Shown: piece after piece, positions 1 through 11,201 of the stretch
Layout of the letters: every line of letters starts with the position of its first letter
How positions within the stretch are numbered: the stretch's first letter is position 1
Origin: Octopus vulgaris
Taxonomy: Eukaryota
Direction: 5' to 3'
Assembly (NCBI GenBank): GCA_951406725.2
Contig: OX597821.1
Coordinates: 86,304,001 to 86,368,000 of the forward strand
Length of the DNA stretch: 64,000 nt
The notes under the pieces: generated by a model
Seen by the model: only the letters and a program-made list of their open reading frames with translations
Database searches by the model: none
What the model was told of the DNA's origin: nothing
Translations under genes and position numbers: made by a program

Positions 1-240
1 GCTGTTGCTATTGGTAGGAGTTCGCTTCCCTGCTTGCAGAATATATCGGGTGCAGATTACATCGATTTCCAGCTAGAGAAAACTCCTCCTGGAGTTAAAA
101 ACGGTAGTAACATCTGTTTCAATCACGCTGAAGAACTAACATCTGTTGAAGTGGCGATAAACATTAATCAGTATAATTTCTACTTTCGTTTCTTATCGAG
201 ATTTTCTGACTAGCTGCTTTGGGGATTCTAATTATTTATC
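1..240 (+). repeat. Unclassified interspersed repeat (further copies at 24061-24310 and 24345-24620)
   Basis: 1-100 is a near reverse complement of 24061-24157 and similar in direct sense to 24460-24570. Confidence 0.7.
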
Positions 241-619
241 TATTAATTATTTTATTTCTCTAATTTCTATTATATATCCTTTTGATGTGTTCGTGTCTCC
301 CTTTGATCGATGTTTTATTTTTATCTTGTGTGTCGTAGCTCGTACTTTGATGCTGTTCTCCATTCCATGTCTTGTGCCTTTGTGGCCAATAAAAGAAATC
401 ATTATTTTCATTACTCTTATTATAGGTGTCACTTGTATATGTATGTATTATTTTGTCTTGTTTTATTGCTCCCTTAACAGTCTGTGTGTGTGAGTGTGTA
501 TGTATGTATATGGGTATTTGTATTGGTTTGTGCACGTATGTGTATGTATGTGTATATGTGTATGGTTGTGTGTGTTTGTGTGTTTGTATGTATATATATA
601 TATATAAATAAATAAATAA

Positions 620-662
<43 letters not shown>

Positions 663-664
663 TA

Positions 665-1532
665 TAACACGAACCCACAACAAACACACTTACACCTGCA
701 CACACCCTACACACACCTTTACCCAGATATTAACACCATGACACACACAAATATATGGTTCCACACATACACATAATTGAATACGGGTGCAAAACATCCA
801 ACACTATTTTTTGGAAATGGCTGTAAATATTGACTTCACACAAATACGTTGCTTCCCGATACAGGCACAAGGCCAGCAGAACTATAAATATTGAAAATTG
901 TACCCACACACACACACATATATACACGCGCGCGCGCCCCAACATACATATAAACACACACGCGCGCGCGCGCACACACACATACATACATACTGCTCTC
1001 CCTGTTCTAAACGAACTTACTTATCCAGTCAAGCGGAAAATACACTCCCTAACTACGCGCTAAAAAGCTATTTAAAATATCCACATGACGTCTACTGACC
1101 AGCCTGAACAATAAGAATTTTCAACAACACTATTTTCGAAAATTCTAAACATTCACGTGACCTCTTTATTATGGCCAATAAGAAATTTTAGGCGGGACAC
1201 TAGCCAAATTTTAACTTCTCTGGAGCCTTTTTTCTTACCCCAACACCAACTTCCATTCAAACATTCACGTGACCCCTTCATAATGACCAATTAAAATTTT
1301 AGGCGCGAAACCAAGCAAATCCAAAACAACTCTGGAGCCTCTTTTTTTCACATATAAGAGACAGACTCTAATCTCTCTTTTATATTTTGATAAGCATAAC
1401 AAATGCGCAACCGGTAAAAAGAACTTTCACCTAATTAAATTACTTAAATTACTTCAATTATTTGTCAGCATTTTCTTCATTTCCTTTTTTATATATCACC
1501 ACTCGTGTTCGACATCTCCTTTTTTTAAATAT
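665..1532 (+). repeat. 5' pseudo-LTR of Penelope-like element (868 bp)
   Basis: Matches 5136-6003 at a constant offset of 4471; I saw one substitution by eye (tactgctc vs tacagctc). Confidence 0.95.
1375..1422 (+). ncRNA. Minimal hammerhead-ribozyme-like motif in 5' pLTR (variant core)
   Basis: TTGATAA (1387-93), GCAT/ATGC stem II, GCAA, palindromic ACCGGT, GUA cleavage triplet. Deviates from consensus at U3/A8 and C13. Confidence 0.55.
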
Positions 1533-1557
1533 CATATCCCCGCACGAGATACAGAAA

Positions 1558-2853
1558 ATGCCTACAAAAACTGAAACCACCCTAATCAACTTAAACGAAG
1601 AAATCCTACAGGAACTCAAAAACATCAACACCAACCTCTCTGTACTAGTCAACAAATTGGACTCTACTAATGAGGAAACCATTACCGGACAGAAACCCTC
1701 CGAAATCGGCGATAAGCTACAAACTCTGTGTGATACGATCCACACCTTTTTCACCACCACCAACCCAGCCAAAAACAAAGAAGAACCATGTCAAATTGAT
1801 TCATACAAACTGAAAAATCATATAATCCCAGAATGGAACAAATCCCTCAGAGACAGAAAGTTCTCCTTCTGGAAAATGATTAGAAACAACAACAAGGCCG
1901 AGATATACGAAAAATGGATGAACTCTACTCCTCTAACTCTTCCCCGCAAAATACAATTAAAAGCCATTCCCAATGAACCTGAACCTCAAAGACGACTTAG
2001 GGAAAGAATGGCATTAGAGAGACTGAAAACAGAGATTGAACTTCTCAAATTAAGGGCCCAAACAAATGAGGAAAGAGTCAAAACAATCGATGAAGAGATC
2101 CTCCTCGTAATAAATAACAAGGCCGAAAGCCTACACATAGAGAAGATCTCCAAGTTATGGAAAGATGACTGCAACAAAGAGGAACTAAAATCCCTACAAC
2201 GCTGGGAAAAAAGTGCCGCCTGGTTCCTAAACTATGAATCGACTTTCAAAACGGATTACTCTTCCAATAACCCGTTCATAAAAATGGGAAAACCAGGAAC
2301 CCAACCACACAACTACTCCGCCAACCCCCCAACCTTGAACAAAAGAAGGAAACAGCATATTGAAGATGTACCTTCTTACCCCACGTCCATAAGGAGGAAC
2401 AAGAACCCTGGAAACTCTCACCACCAGAATTACATTAACGAATTTCCCTCTTCAAGGAGACGCTATACACAACAACTCAACAACTACTCGAATACCTTAT
2501 TAACAAATAAAAGAGGATCCCACTACCAGGATAGACACAACAACATCCACACCACGAGGGGACAACAAGGTAATTTTCACTTTCTCAACTCTCACAATAC
2601 ACAACAAACCCATACCACTCGATACAAGCACCCACGCAGGCCACTCATATCACCACAATCCATCACAACACAAAGAAACACACACCAACACCCGCAATAC
2701 AGGAACACCCCATTCTATCCACAACCACGAACCCGAACCATATTTCACAACAAGGAATATAACAAACACACAGGACCTCCTAACACCAACAGACAACCCC
2801 TCTACCCCAACCATTTTTTAGACACAGCACACAGATACAGGCAAACAAAATAA
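1558..2853 (+). CDS. Penelope-like element ORF1: helical/coiled-coil N-terminal half and basic H/N/Q/R/P-rich low-complexity C-terminal half; function unknown
   Basis: Uninterrupted ORF (track 1462..2853 starts at TTG; first ATG at 1558, just past the pLTR); heptad-like segments such as LRERMALERLKTEIELLKLRAQ. Confidence 0.75.
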   Translation: MPTKTETTLINLNEEILQELKNINTNLSVLVNKLDSTNEETITGQKPSEIGDKLQTLCDTIHTFFTTTNPAKNKEEPCQIDSYKLKNHIIPEWNKSLRDRKFSFWKMIRNNNKAEIYEKWMNSTPLTLPRKIQLKAIPNEPEPQRRLRERMALERLKTEIELLKLRAQTNEERVKTIDEEILLVINNKAESLHIEKISKLWKDDCNKEELKSLQRWEKSAAWFLNYESTFKTDYSSNNPFIKMGKPGTQPHNYSANPPTLNKRRKQHIEDVPSYPTSIRRNKNPGNSHHQNYINEFPSSRRRYTQQLNNYSNTLLTNKRGSHYQDRHNNIHTTRGQQGNFHFLNSHNTQQTHTTRYKHPRRPLISPQSITTQRNTHQHPQYRNTPFYPQPRTRTIFHNKEYNKHTGPPNTNRQPLYPNHFLDTAHRYRQTK

Positions 2854-5138
2854 CACAGGACAGGGAAGAGAAACATAAACTAATTAAAGTCATCAATTTA
2901 ACCAATACAGAACCCAACCCCAACCTTCTCAACTTACTCTCCAAAGGTCTGAAATTCACACCAACCCCCCCACGTCCAAACTACTACGAAATGAAGGAAG
3001 ACATTACAGAATTTTGTAGAAAATTGCGACTTAGTGAGGAACTATTCGACCAGCACAATGAGGATGAGTCACTAGCTAGAAATAAAAGCAACTACACCCC
3101 ACGAAAAGGTAGAAATAAAATCCTAGACGAATTCTGTGAGCACATTACAAACTTCCCCTACCAACACTTACACAAACCAAAACCCAAACCAAACCTCAAC
3201 AAGAAAGAGTGGGAAGAATTAAACAAATTAAAAAATGAAAGATCTATCACCATTAAAGAGGCCGATAAAGGAAGTGCAGTAGTCTTAATGGAGACAGAAT
3301 ACTATATCAACTTAGCACTCTCCACCTTGGAAAATGGAACATATTACGAAAAGGCTGAACACTACAATCAACAGAAAATTATGAGAAACTTAAAAACCCT
3401 GATCAACCCCCACAAAGAAGAACTCACTAACAAAGAATTCAACTTCATCACAAATTTCACTAGTAAAACCAGCCTCTTCTACGGTATTCCCAAAATTCAT
3501 AAAAGCGAATTAATAAGTAAGGCATGCAAGGAAGCCACAAACTCTGTAATCAATGTCCCCTCACCAAATGACCTCAAATTGAGACCTATAATAGCAGGTC
3601 CCGCTTGCGAAACCCACCGCCTTAGCAACTTCATTGATACCCTTCTCAAGCCGTTCCTCAAACACATTAAAAGCTACATAAGGGACGATCTAGATATGCT
3701 CAACCACCTCCCCAATACACTTCTTGCTGAACAAACCCTGCTAGTAACATTCGATGTAGTTAATCTTTACTCCAACATCCCCCACAATCTAGGAATAGAA
3801 GCTATCCAATTCTGGCTGGATAATTACTCCAACGAACTCCCACACCGCATCAAAAAGGAATTTATTTTAGAAGGACTCAAATTCATCTTAGAGAATAATT
3901 TCTTCACCTTCAACAACAAATTCTACAGACAGAAATCAGGGACGGCAATGGGAACGAAAACGGCTCCCACTTACGCCAACTTAGTCATGGGATACCTGGA
4001 AATCACCCTCTATAATAACGTTCTTAACCAATTTGGCACCACTCTCCACACACACATAGAGAAGAACTGGAAGAGATATCTTGATGACTGCTTCATCCTT
4101 TGGCCCGAAACCGTCGAGAAGCTTAACGAATTTAACACTCTTATAAATGGGCTCAACACAAACATTATTTTCACAATGGAATACAGCCCTCAACAAATTC
4201 CCTTCCTCGACATCCTCATTAAAATTCACAACAAAAAAATAGAAACAGACATATACTACAAGCCCACAGACTCCAAGCAATACCTCCCTTTCAATTCATG
4301 CCACCCTAGACACGTTAAAATTAACATTCCCTACAACTTAGCCAAGAGAATTTGCACTATAGTCTCCAATAAAAACACCCGTCTCTTACGTCTACAAGAA
4401 CTCAAGGGCACATTAACAAGCAGGGATTACCCCACGTCACTAATTGACAATGGGATCCAACGCGCCCTAAAACTCAGCACGCAGGAACTTAGACGCCCTA
4501 AACCTGTTACATCGAAACCCCATACTCTACCATACATCTCTACACACAACCCCCTCAACAATGAAGCTTTTGACACCATCCTCCAGAACATTCCTGTATT
4601 ACAAAAGGACCATAGAATGAACCAAATCCTCCTAACACACGAAATCATAAAGAGCAAAAGGCAACCCAAATCATTGAAAACCATCCTAACAAATGCCAAA
4701 GTACTGCCAACCACAACAACTAAACCCACAGTAAACAAATGCAATAGACCCAACTGTGGTATATGCATCAACCTAATAGAAGGTCCGGAATTCCTTTTTA
4801 AACAAGGACAACGTTTCACAGTAAAACACAACTTCACATGCGCATCAGAAAACCTAGTATATGTCTTAACTTGCTCGGGCTGTAATGAACACTACATAGG
4901 CCAAACAAAAAATAGCCTCCGCCAACGCATGACTGTCCACAGATCCCAAATAAAAATACAGGAATATAGAAAAATAGCATTTAGTGCACATATTGATACC
5001 TGTGCCGCACAACTCCATCCCAATTTTAGAATCTTTCCCCTCTACAAATTTAAAGACAATGCCACTCATACCCAGCGAATAACCATGGAATCCCACCTTA
5101 TTAATAAATACAGACCACTTCTAAACACATGCCCCTAA
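2784..5138 (+). CDS. Penelope-like ORF2: reverse transcriptase plus C-terminal GIY-YIG endonuclease (frame open from 2784, first ATG 2991)
   Basis: VINL..LLSKGLKFTP (upstream of the ATG), ADKG, FYGIPKIHK, LRPIIAGP, FDVVNLYSNI, GTAMG, RYLDD, PFLD, CxxPxCxxC linker, LVYVLTCSGCNEHYIGQT. Confidence 0.95.
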   Translation, partial: HQQTTPLPQPFFRHSTQIQANKITQDREEKHKLIKVINLTNTEPNPNLLNLLSKGLKFTPTPPRPNYYEMKEDITEFCRKLRLSEELFDQHNEDESLARNKSNYTPRKGRNKILDEFCEHITNFPYQHLHKPKPKPNLNKKEWEELNKLKNERSITIKEADKGSAVVLMETEYYINLALSTLENGTYYEKAEHYNQQKIMRNLKTLINPHKEELTNKEFNFITNFTSKTSLFYGIPKIHKSELISKACKEATNSVINVPSPNDLKLRPIIAGPACETHRLSNFIDTLLKPFLKHIKSYIRDDLDMLNHLPNTLLAEQTLLVTFDVVNLYSNIPHNLGIEAIQFWLDNYSNELPHRIKKEFILEGLKFILENNFFTFNNKFYRQKSGTAMGTKTAPTYANLVMGYLEITLYNNVLNQFGTTLHTHIEKNWKRYLDDCFILWPETVEKLNEFNTLINGLNTNIIFTMEYSPQQIPFLDILIKIHNKKIETDIYYKPTDSKQYLPFNSCHPRHVKINIPYNLAKRICTIVSNKNTRLLRLQELKGTLTSRDYPTSLIDNGIQRALKLSTQELRRPKPVTSKPHTLPYISTHNPLNNEAFDTILQNIPVLQKDHRMNQILLTHEIIKSKRQPKSLKTILTNAKVLPTTTTKPTVNKCNRPNCGICINLIEGPEFLFKQGQRFTVKHNFTCASENLVYVLTCSGCNEHYIGQTKNSLRQRMTVHRSQIKIQEYRKIAFSAHIDTCAAQLHPNFRIFPLYKFKDNATHTQRITMESHLINKYRPLLNTCP

Positions 5139-5996
5139 CACGAACCCACAACAAACACACTTACACCTGCACACACCCTACACACACCTTTACCCAGATA
5201 TTAACACCATGACACACACAAATATATGGTTCCACACATACACATAATTGAATACGGGTGCAAAACATCCAACACTATTTTTTGGAAATGGCTGTAAATA
5301 TTGACTTCACACAAATACGTTGCTTCCCGATACAGGCACAAGGCCAGCAGAACTATAAATATTGAAAATTGTACCCACACACACACACATATATACACGC
5401 GCGCGCGCCCCAACATACATATAAACACACACGCGCGCGCGCGCACACACACATACATACATACAGCTCTCCCTGTTCTAAACGAACTTACTTATCCAGT
5501 CAAGCGGAAAATACACTCCCTAACTACGCGCTAAAAAGCTATTTAAAATATCCACATGACGTCTACTGACCAGCCTGAACAATAAGAATTTTCAACAACA
5601 CTATTTTCGAAAATTCTAAACATTCACGTGACCTCTTTATTATGGCCAATAAGAAATTTTAGGCGGGACACTAGCCAAATTTTAACTTCTCTGGAGCCTT
5701 TTTTCTTACCCCAACACCAACTTCCATTCAAACATTCACGTGACCCCTTCATAATGACCAATTAAAATTTTAGGCGCGAAACCAAGCAAATCCAAAACAA
5801 CTCTGGAGCCTCTTTTTTTCACATATAAGAGACAGACTCTAATCTCTCTTTTATATTTTGATAAGCATAACAAATGCGCAACCGGTAAAAAGAACTTTCA
5901 CCTAATTAAATTACTTAAATTACTTCAATTATTTGTCAGCATTTTCTTCATTTCCTTTTTTATATATCACCACTCGTGTTCGACATCTCCTTTTTT

Positions 5997-6003
<7 letters not shown>
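5136..6003 (+). repeat. 3' pseudo-LTR of Penelope-like element
   Basis: Begins at the ORF2 stop codon (TAA 5136-5138); direct copy of 665-1532. Confidence 0.95.
5846..5893 (+). ncRNA. Hammerhead-like motif, second copy, in 3' pLTR
   Basis: Identical to 1375-1422. Confidence 0.55.
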
Positions 6004-6048
<45 letters not shown>

Positions 6049-6296
6049 TATATATATATAAAAAGGTGGGTATATTATCAAGGCAGATACCGAATTTCTG
6101 TATGCAATATGCCAAGGCTGGATCTTTCAGATGGCGCATTTTATGGTAAATTTCCTGTATCTTCCATCCGATCATTCCCTTCGAAATTGCTCTTGGCTGT
6201 GGTTTGGACTTTTTGACTGTTCTTTCTAGTATGTTAGGCAACCTGTTAAGGCTCGCCTCTTTGTACTTAAATCTACACTAATTTTTATATGAAAAA

Positions 6297-8175
6297 GAAA
6301 CGTCTATAGACTTTGTATAGATACTAGGCCACTGGCAGAAAAAAATGTATAGATATATGCGTGTTTGTGTAGTTAGGTATATATACTGTATATCTATGTG
6401 CTCGAGATATATGTGTGTCTGTGCCTACACACGTATGTGTGTATATCTGTGTTTCTCTTTCCTTCACTAGGGATATTTGTGAAGTTCCTAATGAGTATCC
6501 AAATAAAAGCGCTATATTTGAATACTCGTGAATTTTGTATTTATAAAAATGCATTTTGTAATTATAAAATACACCTTTTTAAACGCATTATTGTATAAAA
6601 TGCGTTTATATATTATAAATGCGTTTTTGTATTATAAATGTATCTTTGTATAATAAATTCATTTCTGTAATGCATTTTTGTATATTAAGAAATTTCTTGT
6701 GTCAGACGAATTTTGATAAGAAATTCCTTACAAGTTTATAGAACATGTTAATCTTTGTAAATCTCATTAGCAAATGAAACACGTGTAATGGAGAATAGAT
6801 GATACCAAAAAATTTCCATTTCCTCACACATGAGAGTATACCAGGTTTACGCGGATGTATCCTTGAGAATATAATGTACGTAATGTTCGGTGATTCATTT
6901 AACATACAGATCATATGTTAGGCTTGGTTTATGTTCTCTATACTTTTATTATGAAATTTCCTTTAGTATACAATGCAAAAAGAAACAGGTCTTTGTCTAG
7001 AATGACTCATTCGATTTGTTATTGTAAGCACTAACGTGTACTAGACATGACACGATATTCTATTTGTGATTAAGTTAAATTTCCAGTTTATTTTTCTGTC
7101 GTGCCTTTAATATTCACGTGAAAATAGGTTGCATAGCTTTGTCTATTTTATCTCTTTAGCTTGTGTTTAACATGGGGAATGGCTGAAAATAAAATTAAGA
7201 ATACCTGACGTATTTTCATCGCGGTTTTTGTGCAGACGACTGAAGATTAATAAAAATAGCAAGAGATTTACTAATGTCTTCACTCTGTAGAAGAGTTAAC
7301 TCTGCTGTAAGCGCATTTTGATTTATTCAATGCAATAGGGGAAACAGGGTCTATCTTTAACACGGGTAAATTGTTACAAGCCCATTGTTTCCAACTCTAA
7401 AAGTGGTGTTACTGAAATACTTTGTGGCTCATTAGGAAGTGTTGGAAGTTGCCTTCGATTCATGAAGTTGTGTTCCCTGGATGCCATGCATTGCAAGTGC
7501 TGTGTACGAGGTAATCCCCAGAAATTCATGGTCGTGGATAATTGTTACAGTGTATCAACTTACCCCAGGCATGCAAAAACCTACCTCTTCTATTTCAGTT
7601 TAACATGCCATGCCTAGAAATTACAAAACGAAGATTACAAGGGGAGATACCCTCCTGATGTCATGGAAAGAGTCGCAAGAAAAGTTGTGGATGAAAAGAA
7701 ATCATTATGGAATGCGCTGAGGTTGTGGCATCTCGTGTGACGCGAATCCGGCTATCTGCTGAATCCACTATGAAGGTTCCCTCTCGCTCTCTTTGGCCAG
7801 GAGTTGCAGGCAATTTTTAAATATCTAGTGGCTATAGCGAAAGATGTAGTATGGTGGAAAGGGCTGAAAACAAGGCACTTTCCTCTTTGGCCAAGCTTTC
7901 ATCAACTTTTACAAGTTTCACTTGAAAAGGAAGCTGAGGCTGGAGAGGGAAGTGTTGCTTTGGAGCAAGCTTGTTCAAGGGTGGGTGAATGCTGGAAGAA
8001 TGGCCAGTGTGAAAGGACCAATTCTGAGCGTGTGCACCTGTAAAACAAAGGAGAAGGGTTCTTGCCCTGTTGGTTTTTATAGGTTTTTCCACGAGGACCT
8101 TAAAGCGCCTCCCTTATTGGGAGTTTAAATTGTTTCACTTTTTTGGTATTACATTGTATAAATGCAAAGACCCAT
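6297..8175 (+). repeat. Left arm of long diverged inverted repeat (pogo-like 5' fragment plus Tx1-like 3' fragment)
   Basis: Reverse-complement match to 22795-24060; the left arm carries an extra ~830 bp (6342-7169). Confidence 0.85.
7609..7725 (+). pseudogene. N-terminal HTH_psq-like fragment of pogo/Tigger-type transposase (inverted copy ~23270-23387)
   Basis: MPRNYKTKITRG..PPDVMERVARKVVDEKKSL (with frameshift) resembles pogo-family N-termini. Confidence 0.6.
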
Positions 8176-8256
8176 TTTTGTCCTGTTTTGTCTTTAATAT
8201 TGTTGCATGTCTTTTAATGTTCTGTTTGTGAGCCCTTGTGGCCAATAAAAAAAATA
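7725..8256 (+). mobile_element. 3' fragment of Tx1/L1-clade LINE with A-rich tail
   Basis: Broken reading FKYLVAIAK.VVWW...FYKFHLKRKLRLEREVL...WVNAGRM followed by ggccaataaaaaaaa; a similar tail occurs at ~360-400. Confidence 0.55.
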
Positions 8257-8277
8257 TTATTATTATTGTTGTTGTTG

Positions 8278-8366
<89 letters not shown>

Positions 8367-10408
8367 TATGGGTTTTTCTTCTTTCAAATTTGCCTCCATT
8401 TCTTGCCGAGTGTCTTCCCGACTCCTAGGGCAAAGAAACTCATAGTATACATTGGTAGGCCATTAAACTGAACTCACTAGTTCGTTCATTTTTTTTTTTT
8501 TGATAGAAATAAAGTTAAATTAAAATATACATGGGTAGTAATAGTTCTCACATCGACAATGCTCTTCTCAATACGTGTGATGTACCAGTTAAGACAATCT
8601 TTTGTACTTCTTGCAGGGATGGTAAGCCAGGGATCAATCTCATATAATTTTCGGTTCGTTTCTTGATCATTCCTAGTGCTCCTACGATCACTGGTATGGT
8701 AACCGCCTTGAGATGCCACATTTTCTCAATTTCAATGAGCAGGTCTTTATATTTTCTGAGCTTGTCAAATTCTTTCGCCGAGATATTATGATCACAGGGG
8801 ATGCTCATGTCGATCAATAAGCAAACTTTATTGTTTTTGTCTTTCACAACAATATCTGGTTTATTGGCTTTGATGGTTCGGTCTGTATGTACTGGAAAGT
8901 CCCACAGAATGGTTACATTTTCTCCTTCAGTTACAGCTTCAGGGTGGTGATTATACCACTTGTCGGCAGTTTTGATATTGTAATGCCGACTTATTAGCCA
9001 GTGTAGATATTGGCCAACTTTGTCATGTCTTGATTTATACTCCACTGGTGCTAAGACTTTACATCCAGAGATTAGGTGGTCCACTGTTTCAATCATGTCA
9101 TTGCAGAATCGGCATTTTGGGTCTGCTCCATTTTTCATTACATTGGCCTGATAGTTCCGGGTTAATAGGCTTTGATCTTGAGCAGCCAGGATGAAACCTT
9201 CGCTCTCTGCTTTTAGCCCTGAGCTCCGTAGCCACTGATGGGTTTGCTTCTGGTCAACATCAGCTTGTTTGCTACGGGCCACATATTTGCCGTGCAGAGG
9301 TTTCACCTCCCACCTATCAGCCAATTGCTCGTGCGCTTTTTTCGTTGCCATTATTTTTACCTTCTTTGCAACAATAGTTGCCGTACTTCCCTCGGGTTGT
9401 TCAGTTTGGGTATCCTGCACGAGATCAATAGCAAATCTTTTGCTTTCCTTTATGATAGAATGAAGCTTCTTTCGTCTCTCGTGATTTTCCACGAGCTTTA
9501 GCATCCAGTCATTCGTTATTTCGAGATATTTGGCCAGTCCAATTGTGGTTGTTTTGTAAGCTAGTTCAAATTGGATCAGGCCTCGACCTCCTTGGGCTCT
9601 GGGAAGGTAAAGGCGATCTACATCTGCCTTTGGGTGGTGCATCCTATTACAACTCAGCAGCTTGCGTATTTTCCTGTCTATATTCTTTACTTCACTCATA
9701 TTCCAGTTCAACTCATTGTAGCTATAAGTAACAACTGGAACTGCTAAGGAATTTATAGCTAACACCTTGTTACGTGCATTTAGTTCAGATTTCAGGACTG
9801 CACGAACTCTCCTATAACATTCCTTCCTGATTTTCTCTTTCATGCTTGCATGTTGAATACCAGAGCCTTCATTTATCCCTAAATATTTGTATGTTTGTTC
9901 TTGCTCAAGCTCTCTTATGACTGTGTCAACATCTAACACGACTGAATTTGTGGTCTTCACTTTCCCTTTCTGGAAAGTGGCATTGGCACACTTCTCAAGC
10001 CCAAACTCCATCCCGATGTCATCGCCGAATGCTTTCACAGTGCGCAATAGGCCTTCAAGTTCATTATTGTCTTTACCATAGAGTTTTAAGTCATCCATAT
10101 AAAATAGATGGCTTATTTTTTTATTGGCAATTTTATACCCATACCCTGTTCTGTTTAATTCATTTGTAAGGGGTATTAGGGCTATGCAGAATATTAAAGG
10201 TGAAAGTGAGTCACCTTGAAAAATTCCACAGTTGATGTTTATATTTTCTGAGGCAAGTACTCCATTAGAGTGGTATAATTGAAGATTCGTATTCCACAAC
10301 GCCATATTGTGCTTCAGGAAGCTTGAAATCACAGGGAAAATTTTGAAGATGTCCAGCGATCTCAAGATCCATGGATGCGGTATACTGTCGAATGCCTTTT
10401 TATAGTCA

Positions 10409-10410
<2 letters not shown>
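8367..10410 (-). mobile_element. 5'-truncated R4/Dong-like RLE non-LTR retrotransposon, family A
   Basis: ORF 8548-10365: GIFQGDSLSP, FYMDD, CRFC..ETVDHLISGC zinc knuckle, RHD, KPD..ID restriction-like endonuclease; (TAA)n on both sides. Confidence 0.93.
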
Positions 10411-10483
<73 letters not shown>

Positions 10484-11170
10484 TATGGGTTTTTCTTCTT
10501 TCAAATTTGCTTCCATTTCTTGCCGAGTGTCTTCCCGACTCCTAGGGCAAAGAAACTCATAGTATACATTGGTAGGCCATTAAACTGAACTCACTAGTTC
10601 GTTCATTTTTTTTTATAGAGAAATAAAGTTAAATTAAAATATACATGGGTAGTAATAGTTCTCACATCGACAATGCACTTCTCAATACGTGTGATGTACC
10701 AGTTAAGACAATCTTTTGCACTTCTTGCAGAGATGGTAAACCAGGGATCATTCTCATATAATTTTCGATTCCCTTCTTGATCATTCCTAGTGCCCCTACG
10801 ATCACTGGTATGGTAACCGCCTTGAGATGCCACATTTTCTCAATTTCAATGAGCAGGTCTTTATATTTTCTGAGCTTGTCAAACTCTTTCGCCGAGATAT
10901 TATGATCACAGGGGATGCTCATGTCGATCAATAAGCAAACTTTATTGTTTTTGTCTTTCACAAGAATATCCGGTTTATTGGCCTTGATGGTTCGGTCTGT
11001 AAGTACTGGAAAGTCCCACAGAATGGTTACATTTTCTCCTTCAGTTACATCTTCAGGGTGGTGGCTACACCACTTGTCGGCAGTTTTGATATTGTAATGC
11101 CGACTTATTAGCCAGTGTAGATATTGGCCAACTCTGTCATCTCTTATTATATTGGCCAACTCTGTCATGT
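10484..11170 (-). mobile_element. Short 5'-truncated family A copy (RLE domain plus 3' UTR)
   Basis: ORF 10662-11168 nearly identical to the family A C-terminus; same 3' UTR; (TAA)n flanks. Confidence 0.92.
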
Positions 11171-11201
11171 CTTATTTATTATTATTATTATTATTATTAT
11201 T

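Larger units (their letters stand above)
665..6003 (+). mobile_element. Full-length Penelope-like retroelement (probably Naiad/Neptune group) with direct pseudo-LTRs, inserted in a (TA)n microsatellite
   Basis: Direct repeats 665-1532 and 5136-6003 bracket two long ORFs; ORF2 has RT and C-terminal GIY-YIG motifs; (TA)n runs lie on both flanks (~590-665, 6001-6060). Confidence 0.95.

Noticed and set aside
247-1098. Many short YI/HT/CV-rich ORFs here and at 27225-29342, 56385-56754 and 58539-59788
   Set aside because: Products of (TA)n, (CA)n and (TACA)n microsatellites or PLE UTRs; no domain signal.
3981-4837. Antisense ORFs within RT genes (also 60151-60669, 9238-9731 and similar)
   Set aside because: Shadow ORFs resulting from the strand and codon bias of the sense ORF.
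2991-5138. Selenocysteine (in-frame UGA) recoding, as known for some Naiad PLEs
   Set aside because: No in-frame TGA in this ORF, or in the RT/EN ORFs of the second element; the cysteines use standard codons.
8214-8471. Poly-N/L/I/Y ORFs at (TAA)n tracts (also 14994-15407, 21508-21795, 37844-38229)
   Set aside because: Trinucleotide-repeat artefacts.
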